A DNA stretch of 64,000 bases, taken from contig OY761159.2 in the NCBI GenBank assembly GCA_963664395.2, positions 1,920,001-1,984,000 on the forward strand, in the 5' to 3' direction. The notes under the pieces were generated by a model. It saw only the letters and a list, made by a program, of their open reading frames with translations. It was not told where the DNA came from and did no database searches. Shown in pieces: positions 1-9,264 of this stretch (positions are counted from its first letter, which is position 1; the number at the start of each line of letters is the position of its first letter). The translations under genes and the position numbers were made by a program. This DNA is from Candidatus Binatia bacterium (GTDB lineage Bacteria; Desulfobacterota; Binatia; Bin18).

Positions 1-302
1 GCTTTGGCGGTCAGGGAGTCGCCGGGCCAGACCTGGCGGGTGAAGCGCACCCCGTATTGGGTGAGGCGACCGTCGCCTACGTAATTGGTCAACATCTTAC
101 CGGTCATGCCCATCGACAGCATGCCGTGGGCAAAGACGGACGGATAGCCCGCCACTTTGGTGACAAACACTTCATCGGTATGGACCGGATTGTAGTCGCC
201 CGATGCGCCTGCGTATTGGACGAGTTGGGTGCGTTTGAGGTCTTCGACCACTTGTTCTTCGTGCGTATCGCCGACTTTCAATTGACTTGCTGATAATGCC
301 AT
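1..302 (-). CDS. MaoC-family (R)-specific enoyl-CoA hydratase/dehydratase, 3' end runs off the window
   Basis: Not in the ORF track. Manual translation from ATG at 302: MALSASQLKVGDTHEEQVVEDLKRTQLVQYAGASGDYNPVHTDE...FAHGML...VRFTRQVWPGD. Contains the MaoC motif SGDxNPxH; GGAGG RBS upstream. Confidence 0.9.
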   Translation of the reverse strand, partial: MALSASQLKVGDTHEEQVVEDLKRTQLVQYAGASGDYNPVHTDEVFVTKVAGYPSVFAHGMLSMGMTGKMLTNYVGDGRLTQYGVRFTRQVWPGDSLTAK

Positions 303-312
303 AGCTTCCCTC

Positions 313-807
313 CTACTGATCTACCGGACGCTCTGTTTGGACGCCCACGCTTCGGGCGGTAACAACGAGTTCGCCGCTCTGGTCGCGGTACTCGGTGACG
401 GTCTCAGAAAAAATCAGCTTGCCTGAACGCTTGCCCTGTTTCTCCCATTTCTTGCCCGGCTTCTCCGTGGCGGTCAGGATATCGCCCGGTTTGGGATGGC
501 GGTGGTATTCATAGTGCTGTTCGGCGTGCAGACCACCGCCACCACCGCCCCCGCCACTACCGCTTTCTTTTTTTACACCCGTGGGTTCTTTTCCCGAGCC
601 GAACCACGGCTTGCCGGGTTTGGGCCGCAGAAAATAGTCGGGATCAAATTGGGCACTCGCCTGGACAAAGGTCGGCGGGGCAATGACGGACCCAGGCTCG
701 GTTGTCTTGGCATACTCTTCGTCGGCATAAATCTCGTTATAATCACCCACGGAACGAGCAAACATGAGTATATGGCTCGCTTCGACAGGGAATTTTTCTA
801 CTGCCAT
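313..807 (-). CDS. MaoC-like N-terminal (FAS1-type) hot-dog dehydratase partner subunit
   Basis: FARSVGDYNEIY, APPTF and LHAEQHYEYHR motifs; directly upstream of the MaoC gene. Confidence 0.85.
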   Translation of the reverse strand: MAVEKFPVEASHILMFARSVGDYNEIYADEEYAKTTEPGSVIAPPTFVQASAQFDPDYFLRPKPGKPWFGSGKEPTGVKKESGSGGGGGGGGLHAEQHYEYHRHPKPGDILTATEKPGKKWEKQGKRSGKLIFSETVTEYRDQSGELVVTARSVGVQTERPVDQ

Positions 808-857
808 TGGTGTCTCTCCTTTTGTGGTTATTGGCGAGTGAGGCGGGTGTACACAGG

Positions 858-894
858 CCCCCTCACCCCGGCCCTCTCCCAGAGGGAGAGGGAG
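858..894. repeat. REP-like palindromic element (CCCTCACCCC...CCTCTCCC-GGGAGAGGG family)
   Basis: ccccctcaccccggccctctcccagagggagagggag, intergenic, hairpin ccctctccc/gggagaggg; related copy at 25823-25894. Confidence 0.75.
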
Positions 895-900
895 ATTAGG

Positions 901-1641
901 CTAATTGTTGAGATGTTTGCCGTAGAACAGCAGCACGCGGTGCCACATGTCTTGGGCCGGCACTGGACGATAGCTCTCCCGGTAGTCGGCAAAAAAGGCA
1001 TGCCCGGCGTTGGGATACATGCGCATCTCATACGTCTTGCCATGCTTGTCGAGTTCTTCTTTGAGACGCTCGGCGTGTTCTGGCGAAGGGTTGGGGTCCT
1101 CTTCACCAAATAAGCCCAGCACGGGGCAAGACAGCTCTTTGACCAGGTCAATAGGAGAGGTCGGGCGGGTCGGCGGAAAATCGTCCTGAATGATAAAACC
1201 GCCGGCAGAATCTACCGCCGCATCAAGATTTTTGCTCGTGCAGCCGAACATCAGCGTGTACCGCCCACCGGAACAAAAGCCGATGGCGCCAACTTTCCCG
1301 TTGGAGTCAGCCCGGCCCTTGATATGCTGCGCTGCTGCGTCCAGGTCGGCCATGGCCTGAGAGTCCGGTACGGAGAACATCACCTTGATCACATCGTTGA
1401 TATCGGTCGGGTCGGGATTGCCCTCGCGCGTATACATATCCGGTGCCAGCGCAATATAGCCTTCACGGGCAAAACGGTCGGCCACGTCTTTAATATGATC
1501 GTTTAAGCCAAAGGCTTCCATAATGACGATCACACCGGGGTGCGGCCCCTCTGTGGTTGGCTGGCTCAAGTAGGCATTGACTGGCGTATCGCCCTGGCCG
1601 GGATACTGCATCATACTGGATTGAACTTCCGGTGGTCTCAT
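901..1641 (-). CDS. Dienelactone hydrolase family protein
   Basis: EAFGLNDHI, nucleophile motif GFCSGG, AGHAF catalytic His. Confidence 0.9.
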   Translation of the reverse strand: MRPPEVQSSMMQYPGQGDTPVNAYLSQPTTEGPHPGVIVIMEAFGLNDHIKDVADRFAREGYIALAPDMYTREGNPDPTDINDVIKVMFSVPDSQAMADLDAAAQHIKGRADSNGKVGAIGFCSGGRYTLMFGCTSKNLDAAVDSAGGFIIQDDFPPTRPTSPIDLVKELSCPVLGLFGEEDPNPSPEHAERLKEELDKHGKTYEMRMYPNAGHAFFADYRESYRPVPAQDMWHRVLLFYGKHLNN

Positions 1642-1823
1642 GACGTCGCTCCTCCTCTATGGATAGTGAGATTATGCTACCGGGAGCATATGTCTTGCCC
1701 CTGCAGGTTTCAAGTCTCGTGGGTACAACGAAGGAGGAGAGCGAAGCTTGTGACCATGCAGAGAAGGTGGTAGGACGCAAGGCAACGCATTGCGATGAAC
1801 CGCTGAATTAGGGAGGGACGAAA

Positions 1824-2933
1824 ATGAGTCGCGCCTATAACATTATTGATTCAGACGGCCATGTTTTAGAACCGCCCAATTTTTGGGCCGACTATATTGA
1901 CCCGGCCTACCGGGACCGCGTGCCCGAACTGATTGTCGACACGGACGGCAAAGAGCGCCTGCGGATTGAAGGCCGCGTGCTGGGCGGGCAAAAAGGGTTG
2001 GGCTTTGCCGGTGCCATTGGTGCGCGGGACGGTCGGGCTTCGACCGATATTAAATACACCGAAGGCCGCAAAGGCGGTTTTGATCCGCACGCGCGTATGC
2101 CGGACATGGAACTGGACGGCATAGACGCCGTTTTTCTGTATCCCACCCTGGGCCTTTTTTCCGGCGCGATAGAAGACCCTCAACTCGCCGCGGCCACCTG
2201 CCGGGCGTATAACCGCTGGCTGGCCGATTACTGCAAGCCCTATCCTGACCGGCTGTTCGGGGTGGCCATGCTGCCGATGCAATCCATTGAGTTGGCTATC
2301 GAAGAAATGCGCTACGCCCGGAATGAACTTGGGATGCGGAGCGGTTTTCTGCGTCCCAACCCGTATAACGGTCGCATGCTGGGACATCGAGATTACGATG
2401 TCTTCTGGGCCGAAGCTCAAGAGCTCGACTTTGCCATCGGCATTCACGAGGGGACGGGTGGGATGCCGGCGGCGGGGGCCGACCGGTTTGAGGAGCTTGC
2501 CCCGCGCCATATTGTTTCTCATACCGTGGAGATGATGCTGGCGAGTTTGAGTATTATCTGGGACGGTGTGTGCGAGCGTTTTCCGAAGTTGCGTATTGCG
2601 TTTTTGGAGTCCGGCGGGGGTTGGATTGCTCCCTGGCTGGATCGTATGGACCGCCACTGTGACGATCATGGGGTGTTTACGGATTCGCCCCTCACGCTGC
2701 TCCCGAGCGAATATTTCAAGCGTCAGTGCTGGATCTCGTACGAACCGGTTGAGGGCAGCTTGGCCTATCTGGTTGACTATGTTGGCGCTGAAAAGATTCT
2801 GTGGGCAACCGATTATCCGCACCCGGACGGCTTCTTTCCTGGGGCTCCTCAAATGATCGCGGATAAACTATCGGATGAGAACAAACACAAGGTATTGGCG
2901 GAGAGTGCGAAGCAGTTTTATGGGCTGAGTTAG
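1824..2933 (+). CDS. Amidohydrolase family 2 protein
   Basis: DSDGH metal motif, GIHEG, FLESGGGW, WATDYPHPD; RBS GGGAGG. Confidence 0.9.
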   Translation: MSRAYNIIDSDGHVLEPPNFWADYIDPAYRDRVPELIVDTDGKERLRIEGRVLGGQKGLGFAGAIGARDGRASTDIKYTEGRKGGFDPHARMPDMELDGIDAVFLYPTLGLFSGAIEDPQLAAATCRAYNRWLADYCKPYPDRLFGVAMLPMQSIELAIEEMRYARNELGMRSGFLRPNPYNGRMLGHRDYDVFWAEAQELDFAIGIHEGTGGMPAAGADRFEELAPRHIVSHTVEMMLASLSIIWDGVCERFPKLRIAFLESGGGWIAPWLDRMDRHCDDHGVFTDSPLTLLPSEYFKRQCWISYEPVEGSLAYLVDYVGAEKILWATDYPHPDGFFPGAPQMIADKLSDENKHKVLAESAKQFYGLS

Positions 2934-2986
2934 TTGTTGCGGACAGACGTGTGTCGATCTGAGTGCGGTTCCTGGTTCAGCGTGGT

Positions 2987-3439
2987 TTATCGCGGCAAAG
3001 GTGCAAAGTGCATGCTGATAACCAGCCAGGCGCCATCGACCTGCACATAGGTCAGCATATATTGGCCGGGAATCATATCGACGGGCTCTCCCTTGAGTTT
3101 CCGGGTGAGTTGATAGTGGCCCCACGCCACCCCGGTTGTCCCGGTCATGCGATATCTCGGGTGGACGATTTCGAGCACGGCATGTTCCTGTTCGTCGAAG
3201 TATTCCTGAACAGCCTGTCGGAATGCCTCCTTGCCCTCGATGGGAAACGGTGAGTACAGTCCATACAGGACGATCTTTTCGTGGACAGTGGCAACGGCCG
3301 CGTTCAGGTCTCCGGTATTAAGGGCTTTCATCTCGGAGCTGAAAGCGGTAATGAGGGCCTCGCGCTCCGATTGCCCGAGGGCCGCACCCCACAGCAAGAG
3401 GCTCCAGGCACAGACAAGGCATATTCGTAGAAGAGTCAT
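2987..3439 (-). CDS. Exported NTF2/SnoaL-like (DUF4440-type) protein
   Basis: Start moved to MTLLRICLVC (signal-peptide-like, avoids overlap with the upstream gene); C-terminal YVQVDGAWLVISMHF is typical of the NTF2 fold. Confidence 0.7.
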   Translation of the reverse strand: MTLLRICLVCAWSLLLWGAALGQSEREALITAFSSEMKALNTGDLNAAVATVHEKIVLYGLYSPFPIEGKEAFRQAVQEYFDEQEHAVLEIVHPRYRMTGTTGVAWGHYQLTRKLKGEPVDMIPGQYMLTYVQVDGAWLVISMHFAPLPR

Positions 3440-3465
3440 TCTCAGCGCGCTCCGGTTTGCCCGCA

Positions 3466-3927
3466 TTACAGCGGAGAGAAGTCCAAGGCAACTACCAGCC
3501 ATTTGCCTTCCTCCTTGGCATAGGTAAAGGTGTAGCGGCCATGCAGTATTCTTCGCGGACCAACCCGGGGTTGCTCGCGCACGGTGTAATGTCCCCATGC
3601 CAGCCCACTCGTTTCGATAACGAAAAATTTTGCATTTACGGAATGCCATTTGACATAGTCATGGTTCGTAAAATAGTCCTGCACGAGTTGTTGAATGGCG
3701 GCTTTCCCTTCGACTGCAAAGGGAGACAACGTGCCAAATAAGACAACATTCTCGTGCGCTGTCGCCGTGAAAGCAGTCGGGTCTTGTCCATTGAATAATC
3801 GGATATCAGCCTCAAAAGACTGTTGGATGTCAGTCAGGTCATCTGCCCAGACAGACACGCTTCCAAACAGCAGACTGATTCCCAGCAGGCTGATTCCCAT
3901 AACGAGACTGCGGCGTAACCCACTCAT
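3466..3927 (-). CDS. Exported NTF2/SnoaL-like protein, paralogue of the downstream gene
   Basis: Signal peptide MSGLRRSLVMGISLL...VWA; GRYTFTYAKEEGKWLVVALDFS; shares SPFxxEGK with its neighbour. Confidence 0.7.
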   Translation of the reverse strand: MSGLRRSLVMGISLLGISLLFGSVSVWADDLTDIQQSFEADIRLFNGQDPTAFTATAHENVVLFGTLSPFAVEGKAAIQQLVQDYFTNHDYVKWHSVNAKFFVIETSGLAWGHYTVREQPRVGPRRILHGRYTFTYAKEEGKWLVVALDFSPL

Positions 3928-4063
3928 AGCACATCTCCGGCTAGCTTCTTCGGAGTACCCCTTCCGGTGTCGCCCGTAGGCGCCGCATCTCAGCAGCCTG
4001 GGAGCAATGCGGATCTTCTCAATACAGCAGCGTATCTGTCGCGTCAAAGCTCCAGAAGAGTGC

Positions 4064-4110
4064 TCCGTACGGCGTACGGATTGACCTCCAATCCGTGGAT
4101 AGGAATACTA
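4064..4110 (+). promoter_or_regulatory. Candidate operator palindrome abutting a -35-like box between divergent genes
   Basis: tccgtacg-g-cgtacgga (4064-4080) immediately followed by TTGACC (4081-4086). Confidence 0.35.
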
Positions 4111-4253
4111 TCCCAGGTCCCGGCAAGAGATCAAATGGCTGAGCAGCACAGAACCAACATTAGAAAATTCGTTCGATTCGTGTTAGGAAAGCTTGCTCTG
4201 ACCTATACTGGGAAAGACGCCGGAGCTGTCTGCTCTGGCAGAGGAGGGAGTTT

Positions 4254-6665
4254 ATGCAGGGTCTCGAAGGTGTCAAAGTGCTGGAACTCGGCCATCTTGC
4301 TTCGGCAGCATACGCGACAAAACTCATGGCCGACCTGGGAGCGAATGTCGTCAAAGCCGAAGAACCAGGCGGCGACCGGGCCCGTTGGCGCGGGCCTTTT
4401 CCAGGCGGCACAGCAGACCCGGAGCAGAGTGGTCTCTTTTTATACCTCAATACCAACAAGCGCAGTGTAACGGTTGATTTTGCGCAAGAGAAAGACCAAC
4501 TCTCTGAACTCTCCCGGCTCGTGCAGTGGGCGGACATTCTGATCCATAATTATGCGCCGTCGCGCATGACCAAACTGGGCATTGATTATCCGACCTTTCG
4601 TGCCCTCAACCCTCGGCTGGTGATGTGTTCGATCACACCATTCGGGCTGACCGGTCCGTATACAGACTATCATGCCTATGACCTCACCGTTGCCAATGCC
4701 GGCGGCTGGGCCTGGTTGAGCCCTGGTGCCTCAGACTATCCGGCCCTGCCTCCACTCAAGGCGTATGGCCATCAGACGGAATTCCAAGGCGGGCTGGCTG
4801 CCACGGTCACTACGCTGGGCGCATACTATCGGGCGCTGGCAACCGGGCGTGGGGAACATATTGATCTCGCCGTTCAAGCCTACGTGTCCTCCTTCATGGA
4901 ACAGAGCTTCGTCCATTACACGTACGGGAAGAAGGTCGCTTCACGCTTGGGCAAACGGCTGCTGTATCCGTGGGGTATTTATACGTGTCAGGACGGTCTC
5001 ATCTTTCTGGTTATCGCGGAAGAAGATCAATGGGAGCGCTTGGTTGACCTCATGGATAATCCGGAGTGGGCAAGCTGGGAGATTTTTCAAGGGGGTATAG
5101 ACCGGGCCAAGAACCAGGACGTGCTCAAGATGTATCTGGATGAGTGGTTCCAGCAGCAGCAGGTGCATGAACTGTTTCGGATGGGCCAAGAGCGACGGAT
5201 CTGTTTTGCACCGGTTCATACCATGCGTCAGCTTGGTGAAGACAAGCATCTCCGCGCGCGCCAGTTTTTTGTGGATGTCGAACATCCCAAGGCAGGCAAG
5301 TTGACCCATCTCGGTGCCCCGTACCAACTGCGCGAGCCGTGGTGGCAGATTCGTCGCCCCGCCCCTCAGCTGGGTGAGCATAATGCCGAGGTACACACTG
5401 AACTCCAAAGCATAGCGCCGCCCCCCACTCCCCAACCTCCAATCCCCAATCCCGGTCTTCCCTTAGCCGGCGTGCGGGTGACTGATTTTACCTGGGTCTG
5501 GGCCGGGCCGTTCGGCACCATGCATCTGGCTCACCTGGGGGCTGAGGTGATTAAGGTTGAATCCAACGCACGGGTGGATATTACCCGTCGGCTGCCTATT
5601 TACCCGAAGGATATGAAAGGCGGGGTGAATCGCTCCGGTATTTTCAACGAGTGGAGCATGGGCAAGAAGAGTCTGCTCCTCAACGTCGCCAAACCGCAGG
5701 GCATACAGATTGTCAAAGAGCTCATCAAGCAGAGCGATGTGGTGGTGGATAATTTTGCGACTGGTGTCATGGACAACCTTGGTCTCAATTACGATGATTT
5801 GAAAAAGATCAAGCCGGATATCATTGTGGCCTCGATCTCGGGTTTTGGCCATTCCGGACCGCAGAAAAAATATATGGGCTATGGTCCGGCTATGGCTCCG
5901 GTCAGCGGTTTATCGTCCCTCACCGGCTATCAGGGCGGCTCGCCACAAGAGGTTGGGATTTCGTATGGCGACCCGAATAGCGGCATTCATGCCGCCGCCG
6001 CAATCTGCGCCGCGCTGGTCGCCCGAAAACGCACCGGCCAAGGTCAGTATATTGACGTGTCGCTGCTTGAGGCTGTGGCCGCTCTGGTGTCCGAAGGCTG
6101 GATGGACTACGTCATGAACGGCACCCAGCCAGAGCGCGACGGGAACCACGATCCCCTCATGGCTCCGCACAACTGCTTTCGCTGTGCGGGAGAAGATGCC
6201 TGGGTATCCATCGCGTGTGGCTCGGACGAAGAATGGCACGCCTTGTGTCAGGCTATTGGCGAGCCCCAACTCGCCCTTGATACACGCTTTAGTACAGCTC
6301 CCAATCGGAAAGCGAACGAAGACGCGCTGGAAAAACTGCTGACCGAGTGGACCAGCCAACGCGACCGCTGGGCAGTGACGAAGATCCTCCAAGAGGCTGG
6401 CGTTGCCGCCTTTCCGGCGATGAGTGCTGCCGATCTTGTAGAGGATAAGAATCTGGAAGCACGCGGGGCGTTCTCGCGCCTGCCTCATCCGGAAGTCGGC
6501 CCCCGACTCCATATGGGTATCCCCTGGTTACTGACCGAATCACCCAACGGCGTCCGCACGCCGGCTCCGTTGCTCGGCCAGCATACGGACGAGGTGATGC
6601 AGAACGTGCTGGGATATGCGCCGGAAGAGATTGCGCGGCTCAAAGAAGAGAAGGTGCTGGATTAG
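4254..6665 (+). CDS. Double-domain family III (CaiB/BaiF) CoA-transferase
   Basis: Two CaiB repeats (LEGVKVLEL...LNTNKRS; LAGVRVTDF...GKKS) joined by a Pro-rich linker; each ends in APxLGxH. Confidence 0.92.
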   Translation: MQGLEGVKVLELGHLASAAYATKLMADLGANVVKAEEPGGDRARWRGPFPGGTADPEQSGLFLYLNTNKRSVTVDFAQEKDQLSELSRLVQWADILIHNYAPSRMTKLGIDYPTFRALNPRLVMCSITPFGLTGPYTDYHAYDLTVANAGGWAWLSPGASDYPALPPLKAYGHQTEFQGGLAATVTTLGAYYRALATGRGEHIDLAVQAYVSSFMEQSFVHYTYGKKVASRLGKRLLYPWGIYTCQDGLIFLVIAEEDQWERLVDLMDNPEWASWEIFQGGIDRAKNQDVLKMYLDEWFQQQQVHELFRMGQERRICFAPVHTMRQLGEDKHLRARQFFVDVEHPKAGKLTHLGAPYQLREPWWQIRRPAPQLGEHNAEVHTELQSIAPPPTPQPPIPNPGLPLAGVRVTDFTWVWAGPFGTMHLAHLGAEVIKVESNARVDITRRLPIYPKDMKGGVNRSGIFNEWSMGKKSLLLNVAKPQGIQIVKELIKQSDVVVDNFATGVMDNLGLNYDDLKKIKPDIIVASISGFGHSGPQKKYMGYGPAMAPVSGLSSLTGYQGGSPQEVGISYGDPNSGIHAAAAICAALVARKRTGQGQYIDVSLLEAVAALVSEGWMDYVMNGTQPERDGNHDPLMAPHNCFRCAGEDAWVSIACGSDEEWHALCQAIGEPQLALDTRFSTAPNRKANEDALEKLLTEWTSQRDRWAVTKILQEAGVAAFPAMSAADLVEDKNLEARGAFSRLPHPEVGPRLHMGIPWLLTESPNGVRTPAPLLGQHTDEVMQNVLGYAPEEIARLKEEKVLD
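5423..5453 (+). repeat. Heptamer tandem repeat (CCCCAAT-like) inside the interdomain linker
   Basis: CCCCACT CCCCAAC CTCCAAT CCCCAAT CCC within the PPPTPQPPIPNP linker. Confidence 0.6.
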
Positions 6666-6933
6666 TCGCGGCGTTTCATTCGCTTGTGATAGACAATGGC
6701 TCACGGATAACCTCACGTTCGTGGCGGGGTCGCCCAGTGACGGTGCAGCTTCCGGCTTCTGGCCACCGCGGTCAGAAACTCGTCTCGCCGCCGCCGCGAT
6801 GGCATCTCAAGAATGTCTCGCACTGTGTGGGTCTCCCGTCTGTGCGTCACTCTGAATGTTTTCTTGTCCGCAGCCAGCGAAACCGTGTAAGACACAAGCA
6901 TACTGGAGAGAAAAGATCAAAAGGAGGAGCACG

Positions 6934-7695
6934 ATGGCAGGCGTATTAGCGGGAAAGATTGCGTTGATTACCGGAGCCGGTTCAGGGATCGGGCGCGCCT
7001 CGGCCCTCGCCTTTGCGCGCGAGGGCGCAAGCGTGGTGGCCAGCGATATTATTGTTGACGGGGGTGAGGAGACTGTCCGGCTCGTTCACGCGGCGGGAGG
7101 AGAGGCCCGCTTTCTTCAGGTCGATGTCTCCCAAGCCGCTGAGGTTGAGGGGCTCATCAGCCGGGTCGTCGAAACGTACGGACGCCTTGACTGCGCCTAT
7201 AACAACGCGGGGGTCGAAGGGGAGAACCTGCTGACCGCCGAAACCAGCGAAGAGGGCTGGGACCGCACCATGGCGATTAACCTCAAAGGTGTCTGGCTGT
7301 GCATGAAATATGAGATTCTCCAGATGCTCAAGCAGGGCAGCGGTTCCATTGTGAACACCTCCTCGTCCTATGGCTTAGTGGGTGGCTACCGACTGCCGGC
7401 CTATATCGCCAGTAAGCATGGCGTGGTCGGGATTACGCGCGCGGCGGCGCTGGAATACGCCCAGAGTGGTATCCGCGTGAACTGTGTCTGTCCGGGCGCG
7501 GTTGAGACGCCTATGATCAGTCGGCTGACCAAAGGCCAGGCCGAGATGGCCGACAAGATCGCAGAAATGGAGCCGGTCGGCCGGATGGGCCAGCCAGGAG
7601 AAATCGCGGCAGCAGTTGTCTGGCTCAGCTCAGACGCGGCCTCATTTGTGACCGGCCACGCTATGGCGGCGGACGGCGGCTGGCTGGCCCAATAG
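6934..7695 (+). CDS. Short-chain dehydrogenase/reductase (SDR)
   Basis: TGAGSGIG, NNAG, YIASK; start set at the ATG after AGGAGG. Confidence 0.92.
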   Translation: MAGVLAGKIALITGAGSGIGRASALAFAREGASVVASDIIVDGGEETVRLVHAAGGEARFLQVDVSQAAEVEGLISRVVETYGRLDCAYNNAGVEGENLLTAETSEEGWDRTMAINLKGVWLCMKYEILQMLKQGSGSIVNTSSSYGLVGGYRLPAYIASKHGVVGITRAAALEYAQSGIRVNCVCPGAVETPMISRLTKGQAEMADKIAEMEPVGRMGQPGEIAAAVVWLSSDAASFVTGHAMAADGGWLAQ

Positions 7696-7798
7696 TCCGT
7701 GCTGGTCTCAGGAAGAGACGGGGAGTCCGTAGACGCTATGGGGAGTCGGGTGAGCGGAGCGTAACTCGACATCCTCTATACTTTGTCAGACCGCATCC

Positions 7799-8062
7799 TC
7801 AACAGATATTGTTCTCGTATAAATCCGCGATAGGAAAGCACAGCCCATAGTCGTCCCACATCAGGTTGCCGTACTTCAGGGTGAAATCCGCAAACTTCTC
7901 CGGGTCGAGGTAGGCACGAATCATGGGGTTGCGTGAGGTGCAGAGAAACGGCTCGAAGTCTATCACTCGTTCGGCCCCATCACTAAAAGACAGCCTTAGC
8001 GTGTAGCCCGACAATCGCTCAACTCGCACTATGTCGATGACTTTATCTTCAGAGAGCTTCAT
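7799..8062 (-). CDS. DUF2442 domain protein (putative antitoxin)
   Basis: YTLRLSFSDG..IDF, GNLMW, ADLYE; start ATG overlaps the upstream stop (ATGA). Confidence 0.8.
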   Translation of the reverse strand: MKLSEDKVIDIVRVERLSGYTLRLSFSDGAERVIDFEPFLCTSRNPMIRAYLDPEKFADFTLKYGNLMWDDYGLCFPIADLYENNIC

Positions 8063-8364
8063 CTGATCCTCTGAGTAATCGTCTGCGCTACGATCGGCTT
8101 GTGAAGAACGAAATAGTCTACCCATTTCTGCACTATCTCCTCTGCATACCGCTCAATCACGGTCTGGAAGTTCTTCAACTCCGCTTTGCTCAGCGGCCTC
8201 CTCCCCTTCACTGAGGAGTACACTATCTGGACCACCTTGCCGTTCTCTACAATGATCTCAGCTTTACTTTCTCGACCTTGACATTGGCCATGAACATGAA
8301 TCGGCTCATGCTCATTTGAGTAAAACAAGACAATAATTCCAAAATACTCATAGAGTTTGGGCAT
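8059..8364 (-). CDS. DUF4160 domain protein (putative toxin)
   Basis: MPKLYEYFGI.VLFYSNEHEPIHVH signature; coupled to the DUF2442 gene. Confidence 0.85.
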   Translation of the reverse strand: MPKLYEYFGIIVLFYSNEHEPIHVHGQCQGRESKAEIIVENGKVVQIVYSSVKGRRPLSKAELKNFQTVIERYAEEIVQKWVDYFVLHKPIVAQTITQRIR

Positions 8365-8503
8365 CTGCCAAAAATTTTGCCAGCAGGGCGGCTTGGCTGC
8401 AAGGCGCTGTCACGTAGCCCACATTCGCTTTCGCTCCTTCTGGTCTCAACCGTGATGAGACTGGTCGTCTATCAGAACTCGCCCTTTGTCGTGAACACTC
8501 CTC

Positions 8504-8911
8504 TCACCCAAACCGCACCACGGTCTCCGGGCTATGCGCTACGACCGAGACAATTTGCCAGTGTTCGTCTGTTTTGCGCAGGGTGTAGGTAGCTCCCAAG
8601 CGTTCCAGCTCTTCACCGGTTTTGGTGTAGCGCACGGCCAGGCCGCTGAGGAGCGCGATACGATCCGTCAGCTCTTTGATCTGCATGTTCGTGACTTCGC
8701 TGCGCCCGTAATTCCGGCCTTTGAGGTCTTGGATAATCTGCGCGAAGAGCTTTTCAATCTCCGCTTCGCTTGAAAGCAGGGTCACGCCTTGGTCCGCGAT
8801 GAACAGACACGGCGCGTGATAAAAAGGCACCATCGCCTGGGCTTCACCTGTATGAAAAGTGTCGAGATAGCGCGCGTAGAACTGTTTAATTTCCTCTTCT
8901 TGGTTTGTCAT
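8504..8911 (-). CDS. NTF2/SnoaL-like protein
   Basis: Start MTNQEEEIKQFY after an AGGAG RBS; C-terminal YTLRKTDEHWQIVSVVAH. Confidence 0.7.
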   Translation of the reverse strand: MTNQEEEIKQFYARYLDTFHTGEAQAMVPFYHAPCLFIADQGVTLLSSEAEIEKLFAQIIQDLKGRNYGRSEVTNMQIKELTDRIALLSGLAVRYTKTGEELERLGATYTLRKTDEHWQIVSVVAHSPETVVRFG

Positions 8912-8913
8912 TG

Positions 8914-9189
8914 TTAGGCTTCTCCTTTCTGCATGTGTGGACTGGTTAAGTGCTCCAACTGCGTTAAATAGGCAAGCGCGTGGGTGTTGGTGTGGCCACA
9001 CATCTCTGCGCTCGGGCGCAGGTTACGGCATACTGCCGGGCGTTCTGGCCGGCCAAATAACAGACACCGATTGTCCTGACTGAGATGTAGACAGCGCACC
9101 CCAGCCGGTTTGCCATGCGGCATCCCTGGCAGCGGGGATGAAATAGACGGGGCGATGCAACATGCTCCGCAGCCAATGCGACACTCCAT
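8914..9189 (-). CDS. YkgJ-family CxxCxxCC zinc/iron-chelating protein
   Basis: MECRIGCGACCIAPSISS...KPAGVRC...RPAVC. Confidence 0.88.
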   Translation of the reverse strand: MECRIGCGACCIAPSISSPLPGMPHGKPAGVRCLHLSQDNRCLLFGRPERPAVCRNLRPSAEMCGHTNTHALAYLTQLEHLTSPHMQKGEA

Positions 9190-9264
9190 AGGTATTCCCC
9201 GTCACTTGCTCCTGACGTTGCACCCTTTACCACCTTCACCGAGCCGGATACAAGCCAGAGCAGG

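Noticed and set aside
1866-2852. Long antisense or alternate-frame ORFs (also 59193-60152, 51502-52311, 43290-43991 and others)
   Set aside because: They shadow well-supported genes in GC-rich DNA and have no recognisable motifs.
6690-6860. Possible gene fragment between the CoA-transferase and the SDR
   Set aside because: No frame gives a recognisable motif.
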